64,000 nucleotides of DNA, taken from NCBI RefSeq assembly GCF_009914755.1, contig NC_060929.1. The stretch is one strand, 5' to 3'. Source of the DNA: the human T2T-CHM13v2.0 reference genome, Homo sapiens. The notes below the pieces were generated by a model. That model did no database searches. It was not told the origin of the DNA and worked only from the letters and a program-made list of their open reading frames with translations. Shown piece by piece: positions 1 to 12,709 of the stretch. The first letter of the stretch is position 1. Each line of letters opens with the position of its first letter. The position numbers and the translations under genes are program-made.

Positions 1-675
1 AAAATACATCTATTTAGAATATAAACTTAAATGCCCCAAAATAACTAGAAATGGTTCAGTTATAGTAAGACCTTATTAATACAAATGTTTTAATGGGAAT
101 TGTCCTATATCTCAGGATGCATTAAAGAAAATGCAAATATTGTTCTTTCAAATATAACTAGCAGGTCAAAATAAAAATTAGTCTGCTTAAATGAGAATTT
201 GAATGCCACATGCATTCAAATAGTTGTGATAAATTACCTTAGATAAGTTCAAATAGATTATCTGCAACCTATTTATGGATCATTAGGCAAAATTGCCTTC
301 ATCATTAAGGATATACTATAATCAACTCTCATTTTCAGATATCCTGAATTTATAGAAATGATATGTAAGCTCTTGTCAATTTAGGGTTTAGTGTTCTGTG
401 TTACAGAAAATCCAAAAAGTTCACCAAAATTGACCTGTTCTCTTAGAAACACTAGTTTTATGAATTTAATACTTTTTTAAAGCACAAAAATAAAAATAAT
501 TAACCAGAAAACCAGTATGTGTATATGATCAAGGATAGCTGGTTTGTGTTGAAATAAGTCCAAAGGTCTGAAATTTGATTTATTTATTTTTTCTGTCTTG
601 TAACATGGTCTGCAAAGAGGGCTTGGGAAATGTTTTGTGTAAAGGATGTGAACAGACAACAGTTATGTTTGTTGA

Positions 676-1445
676 TAAGCAGCCAACAAAAATATGAAAA
701 AAATGCTCAACAGCACTAATTGTCAGAGAAATGCAAATTAAAACCAGGACATACCATCTAACAATAGTCAGAATGACTACTATTAAAAAAGTCAATAAAC
801 AACTGATGTTGGTGAGGATGCAGAGAAAAGGGAATGGTTATACACTCTTGGTGCGAATGCAAATTAGTACAACCTATATGATAAACACTATGGCAATTTC
901 TCAGAGAATTAAAAGTAGAACTACCCTTCAGTCCAACAATCCCACTACTGGATATCTATGCAAAGGAAAAGAAATAATTTTATCAAAAAATCACCTGCAC
1001 TCGTATGTTTATCACAGCACTAATCACAGTAGCAAAGTCTTGGAATCAACCTGTGCGTCAACATTCCATGGAATACTACTCAGCCATAAAAAAGAATAAA
1101 ATCCTGTCTTTTACAGCAACATGGATGGAACTGAAGCCATTATCCTTAGCAAAATGACCCAGACACAAAAGTCAAAAACCACGTGTTCTAACTTTTATAA
1201 GTAGGAGTCAAACAGTGGGTACACATGGACATACAGAGTGGAATAATAGATACTGGGGATCCCAAAAGGTGAAAGGTGGAAGAGGAGTGAGGTATGAAAT
1301 ACCACCTATTCCGTACAATGTACACTATCCAATGATGATTATACTAAAATCCCAGACTTTACTACTGCACAGTTGTGTTTCTATCCATGTAACACAACTG
1401 CATTTGTATCCCTAAAGCCATAAAACAAAATTAATTAAATAAAAT
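676..1445 (+). mobile_element. LINE-1 3' fragment (ORF2 C-terminus + 3'UTR), L1PB3/PB4-like
   Basis: Carries ORF2-end motif (MQIKT..YHLT.VRM..IKK, ORF 731-1099). 3'UTR 'gggtacacatggacatacagagtggaataataga...catgtaacacaactgcatttgtatccctaaa' and an A-rich end. Confidence 0.9.
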
Positions 1446-1816
1446 GCTTATAATGTACCTGTGATTTGAAAAAAAAATTATAGGAGTATCCTGCAAACAT
1501 TTAAATTTTTACAAAATATTTTCAAAGTTTAGAAACAGATAATTTGCTCTCTTTAGAAACTTTATAACATCACAAGATAAAGAAAATATTTGATGAGTTG
1601 AGAAGGTGAAGATTAAGACAAATGAGTTTTCTTTTTAAATAAAGAGTAACTATGCTTAAAAAAGAAACACAACTGAGTTTGTAAACTATCATGCTAGCAG
1701 TCCTAATTATTGAGTGCGTCTGGGAGATTAAGACTTCTGTGCTAATAAATGCAAATTATAGCCAGATATAGAGATAGACAGGTAGATGATGTAGATATAG
1801 CTATATATATAGATAT

Positions 1817-2010
1817 AAGCAATTCTCTTGTCTCAGCCTCCCAAATAGCTGGGATTACAGGTTTGTGCCACCAAACCTGGCTAATTTTTGTTTTGTGGTT
1901 TTTTTGTTTGTTTGTTTGTTTGTTTTAGTAGCGACAGGGTTTCACCATGTTAGTTAGACTGGTCTTGAACTCCTGACCTCAGGTGATCAGCCCACCTCGG
2001 CCTCCCAAAG
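1817..2010 (-). mobile_element. AluS fragment truncated at both ends, middle linker expanded to (TTTG)n
   Basis: 'ctcagcctcccaaatagctgggattacagg...gaactcctgacctcaggtgatcagcccacctcggcctcccaaag'. Confidence 0.92.
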
Positions 2011-2086
2011 GGGGTACTGTTTTTAAACATAGCATAGAGTTCTGCTGCATTTAAGCAATTCCAGGCAGAAGTGCATTTGTCTCAAC

Positions 2087-2262
2087 GGAAAGAAAGAGAG
2101 GGAGAAATAAAGAAGAAGAAGAAGTAAAGGAAGGAAAGGAAGGGAGGGAGGGAAGGAGGGAAGGAGGATGGGAGGGAGGGAGGAAGGGAAAGAGAAAGAG
2201 AGGAAACAAGGGAGGGAGGGAGGGAGGAAAAGAAAGGAAAGAAAGGAAAGAAAGAAAGGAAG
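2087..2262 (+). repeat. ~175-bp purine-rich (GAAA/GGAA/GGGA) low-complexity tract
   Basis: Almost exclusively A/G on the + strand. Confidence 0.95.
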
Positions 2263-5200
2263 ATAGATGACCCAAAGCAAACCAACCCAAGGACCTGAGG
2301 ATTTCTATTTCGGCTTTTAGTTATATTCTCAGCTGTGTTTTCTGTCCCATAGCTTAAGCTGTCAAAGTAAATCTTGACAATTTGGAAAATAGAGGTAAAT
2401 GTTGAATCTGGAGTTGTTTAAAAATGTTGTGAAGTTAACTTCCAATACATTTTGTTAAATTGGAAGAAAACGTTAATATAAATTGGAGTTACATATCTAG
2501 TTCTGAGTCATTATTTTATAAAAACTATTCATCTGGGAAATTATTTTATAAACTGGGAAAAGATGTATTCAGTCCAATTAATAGTCCTACTAATGACATG
2601 TATTTTAAACCTCGAATTTTTTCTCTGAGTAAAATGACTGAGAAATTTTATAAAAAGGATTTGCAAAATGATATTTGCTAGGATCATGTCCATTTTTCCT
2701 TTTTTCCTTGATCACAACTCAGCCCATTATTTGCTACCCAGCCGTAATGAAACCTGGATAAGGCAGCCCCGTGTGCAATAACAGTAACAACAATAATATA
2801 TAAACATTAATTAAGCACTGTTCAATTCTTTACATAAATTATACCAATAACCAACATCCCTCAATAAATATATGAAAAAAGTTAATATAGTTGTCTTTAT
2901 TTTAAAACTAGAGATTAAATAACCTTCTTAATAAGGTCATACGAGTAACAGAGAAAGGATTTGGTATAATCTTAACCTGTATGTCATCTCTGTCTGATAG
3001 GGAGGTAGAATGCTGGTCTACTCACTGAAGATGGCTTTATACTGCCTTTGAAATTCATAGAGTGACCTCTTAATCAAGTGTCAAGATTAGCCTTTCTTTA
3101 TTATCCAGCTTCATGTAACACATGCTACTCAGATACCTATTTAAAAATAGTTAATGATAAAGGCATATATATATAAGCATATATATGTATATTGACATAC
3201 ATCTATACATTTATGATATGTATTCATCAGTAATAATGCATAATAAATATATATACTATGTATTATGTATATCTTTATCTCAAATACAAAGGGCTTATAT
3301 CCTGCTCATTTAATGTTCGTTTTTTTAACTGCAAAGTAGTTATGCTTTTACTCTACTTTAAAGATTTTTTAAAAATAAGGAAAGCACAGAGATGAGCCCA
3401 ACTATTTTTCAAAGCTACATTGGCAAATGATTGACTTTCCATTAAAAAGTAACACACCCACACATAAATACTAAAACTAGGGTCTCTCAGAATGTTTTCA
3501 AGTTTTTATAACCAGCAAATATTGCTTTGACACTTCTTTAAAGATTATGGGTAATATTAGCCACAGGGGACAGAAGAGGCTTTACATAAAACATACCACC
3601 CTATGAAGTGAGATAGGTATTATTTCACTTACATACTTTTCAGTAATTCTAGCATGTCCCAAATTGTTTACAGGTGTACATATACTAACAACTACCTGTT
3701 TTGTAATTATTTCCCCAAAAGATTAACCTATCATCCAGCCTTATTTATATTTGTCCTTAATCCTTCCCCAGGATACAGATTATTAGGATGCATTTATTTC
3801 AAATATTTAAAATTCACTGTAAGTGTGATAATATAATGTACTGACAGGCCAGCTAGACTGAAACCATCATTTAAAGTTTCCATGCAATTGTAAAACTAAG
3901 TATCTTATTATCGATTCAAAAAAAGAAACATTTGAAATTCCTGAGATGAGATTCAACATCATGTCATCATCTCTTGATATTAAACGGAAGGATTTTGCCC
4001 CAACTACTGTCATACTGTATCACATTAGATTCTAGCCCTAGAATCTGGGAGAAAGTAAGTGTGTGGAGGTTTCTCTTTTAGAAGACAGAGTCTAAATCTT
4101 CTAATCCTTTACTCCACAAAGATGTTTCCTTTAGACTATTTCTTATTAATAAAAACACCTCCTACTAATTGACATAGCCGATACCACTTCTCTTCCCAGT
4201 TACAAAAAATAAATGCATACACACAGTTATGATTCCAGTCCTCATGTATTTTCTTTTTATCTTGTCCTGATATCTATCAATCAGAACACCTCCCACTCAT
4301 ATTTATGTTGATTGCTTCACTTTCCATTGTTGATACTCAGTTTTAATACAAAGGGAAAAGAATTTCATTTTTAAATCACTATTTTCATAAACACAAGTTT
4401 ATATTTTTAAAATTCATTTTCTTAGCCTAAACACTTTTCCATTTTCAAATAAATAAGCAAACGAATTGCCGCAATGGCCTGGTAAATATTTGGGAATTAA
4501 GGATCTTCTTATTTTGTTATTCTATGAATTTCTTGTAAAGATGGAGACATTTGAAGCTTATTTTAGAATGTACAGTAGTGGGCTTATGCACAAGAAAATA
4601 TTTTTCACAACAGCAATTATCCTGCCACTAATTTGCTTTTAGAGCTTTATGCCTTTCAGCTAACAACCTACATTTGTCTAATCTAAATTAAACTACTCTC
4701 TCAAAATTAACTTGTTCTACTGGCAAATGAAAAATGTTTTCCCTTTGGATTTGTACATCAATGAATTAAAATGCAAGATGCTTTGAATCTCTAAAGAGAG
4801 AAACACTTAAGTTTTCATTCAGAAGCAGACAGCCAAAGTACACAAGAATGTCCACTCATCTATATATTTCCTAGAGTAAGAAGTTCTTATTACTTGGTGG
4901 TCTACTGATATCAAAAAGGAGAGATGTAAGTTGCACTGGCCAACACTTATTTTTTTGCATTGATTTTAACTTGCATATTTGGTTTAGTTCTTTAAATATA
5001 TAAGGCATAATTTTACTATTGTCAAAATGTTGCTAGCTGTTAAAGGGAATGGGGAAGAGCAATAAGATCATAATTACAAGTGCTTAATAGCATTTATCCA
5101 AACTAGAAAGTTATAGAACTATTCAGTTGCTTTGGAACTAAGACTATAACCTCTAGAATTACATGGATAAATATTCATTACAGACCCATCATTTGGCATC

Positions 5201-5759
5201 AGCTGATATGTACAACTCTCCCTGTGACTCTTTAATTAAGACATCTTTATACCTCTAAATTTTAGCTCAGAAAGGTTACAAAGTTGGTGTCATATAAATG
5301 TAACTTGAGTAAATTATTTAATTAGTCTATCTGTAAATTTTGTAGAACTTAATAAAGTCACACACTGATTTTGATTTCTTTTTTTTTTTTTTGCCCTTTA
5401 ATTGGTTATCTGTGCAAGTTATATAACCCCCAGACATACTTAAATAAATAATGGTAAAAGAATGCTGATGAGCTTGTCTGTGACTTACTGCTGATTTTTT
5501 TTTTCCATTTTCCTGCAAAACCAACCAGAACAACCAACAGAACTACTGGATGAAATACCAATAGCATCTCCAAAACTATTTTAGAGAATTTAATGACATT
5601 ATTTTCATATTCATTTGAAAACAAAAAAGCAGATAACCATAGCAAACTATATATTGTTGACATTACATCAAATGTAGAAATCAGTGTCACAGGATTGATA
5701 TCTTGACAATATTACATTTGACTATCCAGGAATATGCATGCTTCCTAATTTCTTAATTT

Positions 5760-7495
5760 TGTTCTAATATCCTTTAGTTACACTTTGTGATTACCTCCAC
5801 ATAGGCCTTGGTTAGTTCTTAATTTTATCAAAAATATTTTATCTAATTTTTTGCTATTGTTGATAGTTTTTATTGTATTTTCTATTATATCATTGTTTGT
5901 ATGTAAGAAAGTAAATTATTTTGGTACTTTTGATAACCAGGTATCTTACTGGACTTTTCACCAGGTGTTTCCTCTGTATATTTTAGGTGTTTAATAACAT
6001 CTGCAAGTAAAAAATTTTATTCCCTTACTTCAAAGAGTGATGTTTTTCTCCTTGATTCTTGTAATATAGGCTAGAAATTGTGAAATATTTTTAAATAGTA
6101 AAGATGAAAGGGAAGGTTCTTCCCAATTCCTTGACTTTAGTGAAATTGCTTCACGTGTTTCACTGTTAGATATGGCATTGGAAGTGAGTTGGGCTAGATA
6201 TTCTCTGTTATGATTAGGATGTATAAGTCGTCAGTATTTTTTTAATGAAGAATTTTATTAAATACTCTCAAAATCTTTTTTTTATTTTATTATTATTATA
6301 CTTTAAGTTTTAGGGTACATGTGCACAACGTGCAGGTTAGTTACATATGTATACATGTGCCATGCTGGTGTGCTGCACCCATTAACTCGTCATTTAGCAT
6401 TAGCTATATCTCCTAATGCTATCCCTCCCCCCTCCCCCCTCCCCACAACAGTCCCCGGAGTATGATGTTCCCCTTCCTGTGTCCATATGTTCTCATTGTT
6501 CAATTCCCACCTATGAGTGAGAATATGCGGTGTTTGGTTTTTTGTTCTGGTGATAGTTTACTGAGAATGATGATTTCCAATTTCATCCATGTCCCTACAA
6601 GACATGAACTCATCATTTTTTATGGCTGCATAGTATTCCATGGTGTATATGTGCCACATTTTCTTAATCCAGTCTATCATTGTTGGACATTTGGGTTGGT
6701 TCCAAGTCTTTGCTATTGTGAATAGTGCCGCAATAAACATACGTGTGCATGTGTCTTTATAGCAGCATGATTTATAGTCCTTTGGGTATATACCCAGTAA
6801 TGGGATGGCTGGGTCAAATGGTATTTCTAGTTCTAGATCCCTGAGGAATCGCCACACTGACTTCCACAATGGTTGAACTAGTTTACAGTCCCACCAACAG
6901 TGTAAAAGTGTTCCTATTTCTCCACATCCTCTCCAGCAGCTGTTGTTTCCTGACTTTTTAATGATTGCCATTCTAACTGGTGTGAGATGGTATCTCATGG
7001 TTTTGATTTGCATTTCTCTACTCTCAAAATCAACTCAAATCATCAGGCAAAATGTTCCCCATATTTTAATACTGTGATTCATTTTTTTAAGTCCTGAAAT
7101 TAAATAGCCTTTCATTTCAAATTCTTCTTGGAATTTACACTAAATATATTCTCCTTTTAATACATTGGTAAATTCAATATGCTAAACTTTATTTCACATT
7201 TTGCTTCCATGTTTGTAATTGTTGTTGGCCTGGAGTCTTCTGATTTTGTTCTCCCTCAGATTTTCTTACCTGTATTATGCTGAGTATATAAAACAGATTG
7301 GGAACTTTCTTTCTTTGTTTTCCTTTGTGCTCCACAGGGCCTATACATATAAAAGACTTTTTTTAATAAACTTGAAAGAACTAGGCTATAAAACTATCTG
7401 TACCTGAGGATATTGTGGGAGACAATTCTCAGACTACTTTTTTTCCTTTCAATTTCTTATCTGTTTATTGGTCTATTCAATTTTCTGCTTCTTGA
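5760..7495 (-). mobile_element. Ancient, highly decayed L1M ORF2 fragment, interrupted by a young L1PA
   Basis: Antisense ORF2-like phrases ('ttttgctattgttgatag', 'ttgactttagtgaaattgcttc', 'tttattggtctattca') occur on both sides of the L1PA insertion. Confidence 0.6.
6276..7018 (-). mobile_element. 5'-truncated young LINE-1 (L1PA3-like) with 13-bp TSD
   Basis: Poly-T at 6276; L1PA 3'UTR 'gcaggttagttacatatgtatac'; ORF2 C-terminal peptide (ORF 6558-7013); TSD tactctcaaaatc at 6263-6275 and 7019-7031. Confidence 0.97.
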
Positions 7496-8169
7496 ATATG
7501 TTTTAGGTTTTTTTGTTGTTTGGGATTTTCATATTTTTCAGGCTCCCATTTTTCCTAGCCATTCTCAAAATTAAGAAATGTATTTTGCCTCTGATAGCAT
7601 TTTCTCTTCTGTCTCTTCTTTCTCCTCCTGTTCCCTCTCTCATCATAGAACACTGATGTTGCAATTACCAATTCTTCATCACCACCACTATCAGCAGCAA
7701 CTAGCTTTGGGATCTCTGCCAGCTACCAAAAGAAAATGTTTCACATCTATAAATCACAAATATGTAGACTTATCACATGTGCATGATAAGATGCTTCCTA
7801 AAAAGTTCTTAATTTTGTCAAAACTTGAAGAATTTTTTTACATATTTGTAAACATCTGGTTATTAAAAATATTTTAGTTGATTGACTGTTGATCATTACA
7901 GGTAGATGTTCCACATAGACAAAGTCATTGATGTATTCCATGTTGGTAATTAAGAATTCCAAATACAATTGGGAATTACTATGCAGTAATTAAAATGATT
8001 GAAATAATTATCACTTAAGGGAAATCAAGCTATTTCTTTTTAAATATATAAAAAGATGATTCCAATAGAATTTCTCCTAGATTGTTTCATAAAATATCTA
8101 AAGTTGCACTAAATTATTTTGTTAAAGGAGGTTAATATTTCTTTCTTTGAAAGTTTTTTTCTTCTTTCA

Positions 8170-8650
8170 TATGCCAGGCACTGTTTTAGGTGCTGAGAAT
8201 AATAAAATATTTTATAAAGCAAAGAAGCAAAAAAATAGAAAGAAAGAAAAACAACAAACACATAAAATAAATGTCAAGCAAAGTGGTGTAAGGGGATGCA
8301 GTAGTCGGGTGAAGAAGGTTCTTGTTTTTAGTAGGGTGTTCAAATGTGCCTTTTCTAACAAAGAGACATTTGAGGAGAGCCCTACTAGATGAAAGGCAGG
8401 AAGTCATGTTTGAAGGAGGCCACTTTCTAGGCAGAACTAGAAGCAAGCAAAAGACCTCAATTTAGGAAAACATCCGGCGTGCTTGAGTTACAGCATGAAG
8501 GGAGATGAGTGTGGCTGAAGCCAAGTAAGTGAGAGTGTAGACTCAGAGAGATACTTGGGGCACAAAGCAGACCATGCTGGGCCTTTTTGCCCATGGCAAA
8601 GCCTTGGGGTTTAAATATGAGTGTTATGAGAAGTGTTGAGTGGGTTTAAC
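8170..8650 (-). mobile_element. L2 fragment
   Basis: 'atgccaggcactgttttaggtgctgag' is the antisense L2 3' end, followed by L2-like purine-rich body. Confidence 0.65.
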
Positions 8651-8951
8651 ATCATTCCAGAGTGTAAAACTATAATCACATGCATGCATAAAAGAATCAT
8701 CTACCTCCAGATATTTCTCATGTTGATCCAAATAGAAATGAAAATATTCCTTGCTTTCTCTAGAGCTAATCATAAAAGGTGATCATCATCTGCCAAGGAG
8801 AGTGGAAAAGTGTGACAATTCTTCAAATTAAATGAACTCATAGGGTATTTCCTACTTGGAAATCTTATGATTCTGAGTCTGTGGGATGTACACTACACAC
8901 TAACAAGATTTATCTTCCAATTCTTATGTTTCTCGGGGAGTAGAAAGTAAG

Positions 8952-9150
8952 GCAACATGATGTATTGGCATAAAGAAAAGGACATTAGGCTTAGATTCTG
9001 GAGACTTTAGTTCTAATTCACACTGTGCTTCCCATTAACTGTAGGACATTGGGGACATTGTGTGTGACTCTTGTTTACTATTCCAGGCTGTGGCATCTAA
9101 ACAAAAAAATTTTAAGTAGGTAAACTTTTAGGATTTTCAGTGTTACCAAA
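8952..9150 (+). mobile_element. MIR-family SINE (decayed)
   Basis: 'gagactttagttctaattcacactgtgcttcccattaactgt' resembles the MIR B-box/core. Confidence 0.5.
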
Positions 9151-11139
9151 ATTCCATTATTCAATAAAATGCTTATCCACATTCACCTCTGCTCATTTCT
9201 TTTTCCTTTTTTTCTCACAGAATTTGTGTCTTCTGCTTGTCATGCTTGTAAACTTCAGAGAAAGTTGACTTTTAAGAAAGATATTATTTAAAGAATAGCT
9301 AGCAATTAATACTACTTATTTTCATACTTCAGACTTATCAAAAATTAGACCATCTCATTTCCACATCAAAATAACTCCATGTCATAGTAGAACAGACGTT
9401 GCTACTAGTTTTAATAGAGGGGCAATTTAAAGTATCAGTGTTAAAGAATTTGTTCAGCATCACATAACTAGGCCTATTAAGTACATAATAAATCCTAGGG
9501 ATTATATAAGCTTTTTCATTAAGGCCAAACTCTGGCTGAAGTAGGATAAAAGTATCATTCAACTCTAAACAGTCTTCCCTAGGCCATCCGACCAAGGATG
9601 TAAGTAGGGGAAGTCCTGGATCATTTATGTTTTATCTAATTGGTATTTAGGAAGCATGATAGAATGAGGCCAGAGAGGGATATTCCTTAGATTCCCTTAT
9701 CTTCTAAAATAATGGTTATCTCCATTGATCAATCATATTCCATTATATTTCTTCTGCGGATTAATTTGCCTTTTCCATCAGAACATTTTTTGCTCTAGGC
9801 TTCTTCCCTTCCAATCAAATATTTTGGCCAGAGAAAACAACACGTGACTTGGGTGTAAAGGTAAGTTGTGGGTCTTAAATACTTAACTCTTAATTATGGC
9901 TTCCTTGTGCAACTTGTGTAATCTATAGTTTCTGGTGGTTTGCCACTTCCCCAAACATGGTATTCTCATTGTTTCCTATCTTGAGCAGTTTTCTTATTCT
10001 CCCTCAGTGTGGTCGTTAGAGCGTTGTTTTGTCTGATAAAACAAAATCATTCAAGAGCAGATGAAGCAGTAATTACAATCAGAGTTCATACTTGCGGGAG
10101 ATGAAATAAAAATTAAAAGTACTAACTCTGTGACATTTTGATTATTTGGAAATTCTCCCAGACTGACAGATGACTGTAGGGCACATGGATAAATTTAAAT
10201 GGAAGACAAGAGGCTCCTTGTAAATCAAACAAAATTGTCTCGGACTAGGTTTTACATATATTTGCCAATTCTCTGATTCTTGTGGAATTCTAGGTTTTTG
10301 ATTAAGAAGTTAGTTATGAATAATGGACATTTTTCAAATTATTGGTAAAATGAAAAAAATGTATGTTTTACAAATGAACAAAAAGAAAGTAGTCTGTTTT
10401 CTAAGGAAAAGGAGTGGTACAAGTTTCCACCTTTAAAAAAATTATATGTTCTTGTTTTTTTTTTAAATGGTAAATCTAGTAACAGAGTTCTACTTTTGCT
10501 AGACAGGTGGCTCTTCAATTAAGACACCGTTGTGTTGAGCAATAAATCAGTATTCATGTAGTCATATTCACTTTGTTCAAGTCCTCCGATTCACACAGCG
10601 GGATCTTCACACATTTTTCAAACAGAAGTGATACAGCCACCAGTTAAATAACTGCAAGAAACAAAAACAGTATCCAGACGTTTTAGAAAATAACACCAGA
10701 CATTCTGTGCAAATCGTCTTTCCACCCCTCTCTTCCTTAACTCAGCTTTTAGTGAGTGAGTGATAACATTGTGGGGGAGAAAGGACCAGGAAATGTAAAA
10801 GCTTCTACCACTTTTTGGATGCTTTGTAAGAGAATGGGGCAGTTGTAATAACCTTCCATTGATTCAGTGTCTTCTTTTCTAAAATGGTAAATTATTTCTT
10901 GTTTAGTGATGGAAAAGAATTAAGTGATAATTTGGAAGACAAATTTAAAATGTTTAATTGTGTTATATAACTATAAAGTGGAAGCATCAACTTCCAATCA
11001 GTACTAGTTCTATTCTTCTTTAAGGCTTTTTGCAACATTTCTGTTACTTAACAAAACATACAACCATAGTAGTAGTTTTGGCTAGTTAATTGTTCCTATT
11101 TTAAATTATATGACTTATTGAAATGAGTATCTATTGAGA

Positions 11140-11265
11140 AATAAGGTTTTAGTTTCAACTCAGCCACTTCTTATTTGGGCACCATGGGCAAAAACCTAAT
11201 TTTTCATTTTCCTTATCTTTAAAATGGGGAAAAGAATGTCTGCTACATGAACTCCATGGTGGATT
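11140..11265 (+). mobile_element. MIR core fragment
   Basis: 'ctcagccacttcttatt...tttccttatctttaaaatgggga'. Confidence 0.6.
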
Positions 11266-11664
11266 AATGGGAAAACACAAAATCCGTGACAGAATTTGGT
11301 TAAGGAAATAACAACAAAAAATTGGTACAATGATCTGTGAATAAAGGAAATAGCTCTGGCAAAAGTATGATTGTGAACAACCTGAAAGTCAGAAATGCAA
11401 TGATAAGAATAGGTGTCATTTATTTCAGTGCTTCCTCCATACTGGACTCTATACTGAGTTCATGCCATACATTTCTCACTATTACACTATGAGGGAGACA
11501 GGAAGGCCAAGATAGGTTAAATAATTTAATGAATATTAATATACCTCTAAACCAGGATTGTCTGTCTCCAGGATTCTTTAAATCACTACCATTAACCTCC
11601 TTAAGAAGTATACCTGCTCTCTTCTTACAACACTTTAGGATGATTGATGTTTCACAGAAGTTAC

Positions 11665-11721
11665 CTGCAATTACTTGGGTGGGATCCTCTTCCATTGTCT
11701 CTGTAAATCCACTAACAGAAA
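11665..11721 (-). other. Candidate 57-nt exon
   Basis: gcttattctcag|TTTCTG...ATTGCAG|gtaact in unique sequence. Confidence 0.3.
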
Positions 11722-12709
11722 CTGAGAATAAGCAAACATTTGTACATGTCTGCTTGTACAAAGATGAACTGGAAATAAGATTACTAAAATTAAGAGGAGT
11801 ATGTATTGAAGTCAAATCAAGTGGTACCCCATCTTTAAAAATGAGCAGAATTGGGAGGAAGATAGATCTTGGAAGCAGTTAATCAAAGCCCTTGTCATTT
11901 ATAGCATTTACAGAAATAGTTACAGGAGAAGAAATGTCAAATAACAGAAGCAGAAACAAGTAGTAGTTCTTCTCAGACACAGACTAATTCTTATTTTGTT
12001 ATATTACACAGTTACCTAAGTTAATAATTTTTTTACTCATTGATCTAAAAGAAACCACTTATCAGATGTAATTTTTAAATGTTATAGATTTGTTTTTCAT
12101 GTAGAGAAATCAATGCCCTATGTAGGATATAAGATCTAGAATTTTTTTCTTTTTAAACAAAATTGGTGAGAGAGAAATCTGTCTTCTCTCTTTTTTTTTG
12201 TTAAAGAAAACAAAGAAGGCTTTGAGAGTTGTAATGTTTTAGACTTCTGTAATTGACTTGATGGATTGCACTTAATTGATTTAAGGTCTACACTCATAGA
12301 CAAAGAGTTGGGACCTAAGTGAAGAGCCAGAAGCTTATTCTGCAGGGCTATGTATTTGAATGCAAAGCCAGAGGAGTAATTTTTAAAGAAAATATTAGAG
12401 CTAACTTTTCTAGGAATGTCTTTTATAAATGAATTATTATTATTGGACATGCTTTGTTTTATAGTTAAGCAACTGCTGAGAAAATTTTACAACTTAATTC
12501 AAATCCTAGAAGAAACAAATTAACTCCATTGAACTTAAAATTAATTTTTCATTATGAAGATTTTTTGTTCTTGGTCTTCTTGTTTCTTATTACTAATTAC
12601 ATAACCTCTCAATGAAGTCCTCCACGACATAATTTTTCCTCTTCTCTTTATGACAATGAATCAGGCATTCACAGCTTCAAAAGGACACTCACTTTCTTTG
12701 TATGTTCAT

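Noticed and set aside
2023-2290. Three overlapping F/L/P/S-rich ORFs
   Set aside because: Translation of the purine/pyrimidine low-complexity tract
339-4925. Other plus-strand AG...GTAAG pairs (~339-364, ~4875-4925)
   Set aside because: Modest acceptors; expected by chance in AT-rich DNA
6558-7013. 151-aa ORF (also the 176-aa ORF at 42320-42850 and 152-aa ORF at 32014-32472)
   Set aside because: Fragments of L1 ORF2 in truncated or disrupted elements, not host genes
11420-11882. Overlapping 131-aa (-) and 117-aa (+) ORFs in unique DNA
   Set aside because: No recognisable protein family; only the 57-nt exon-like core is kept as a candidate
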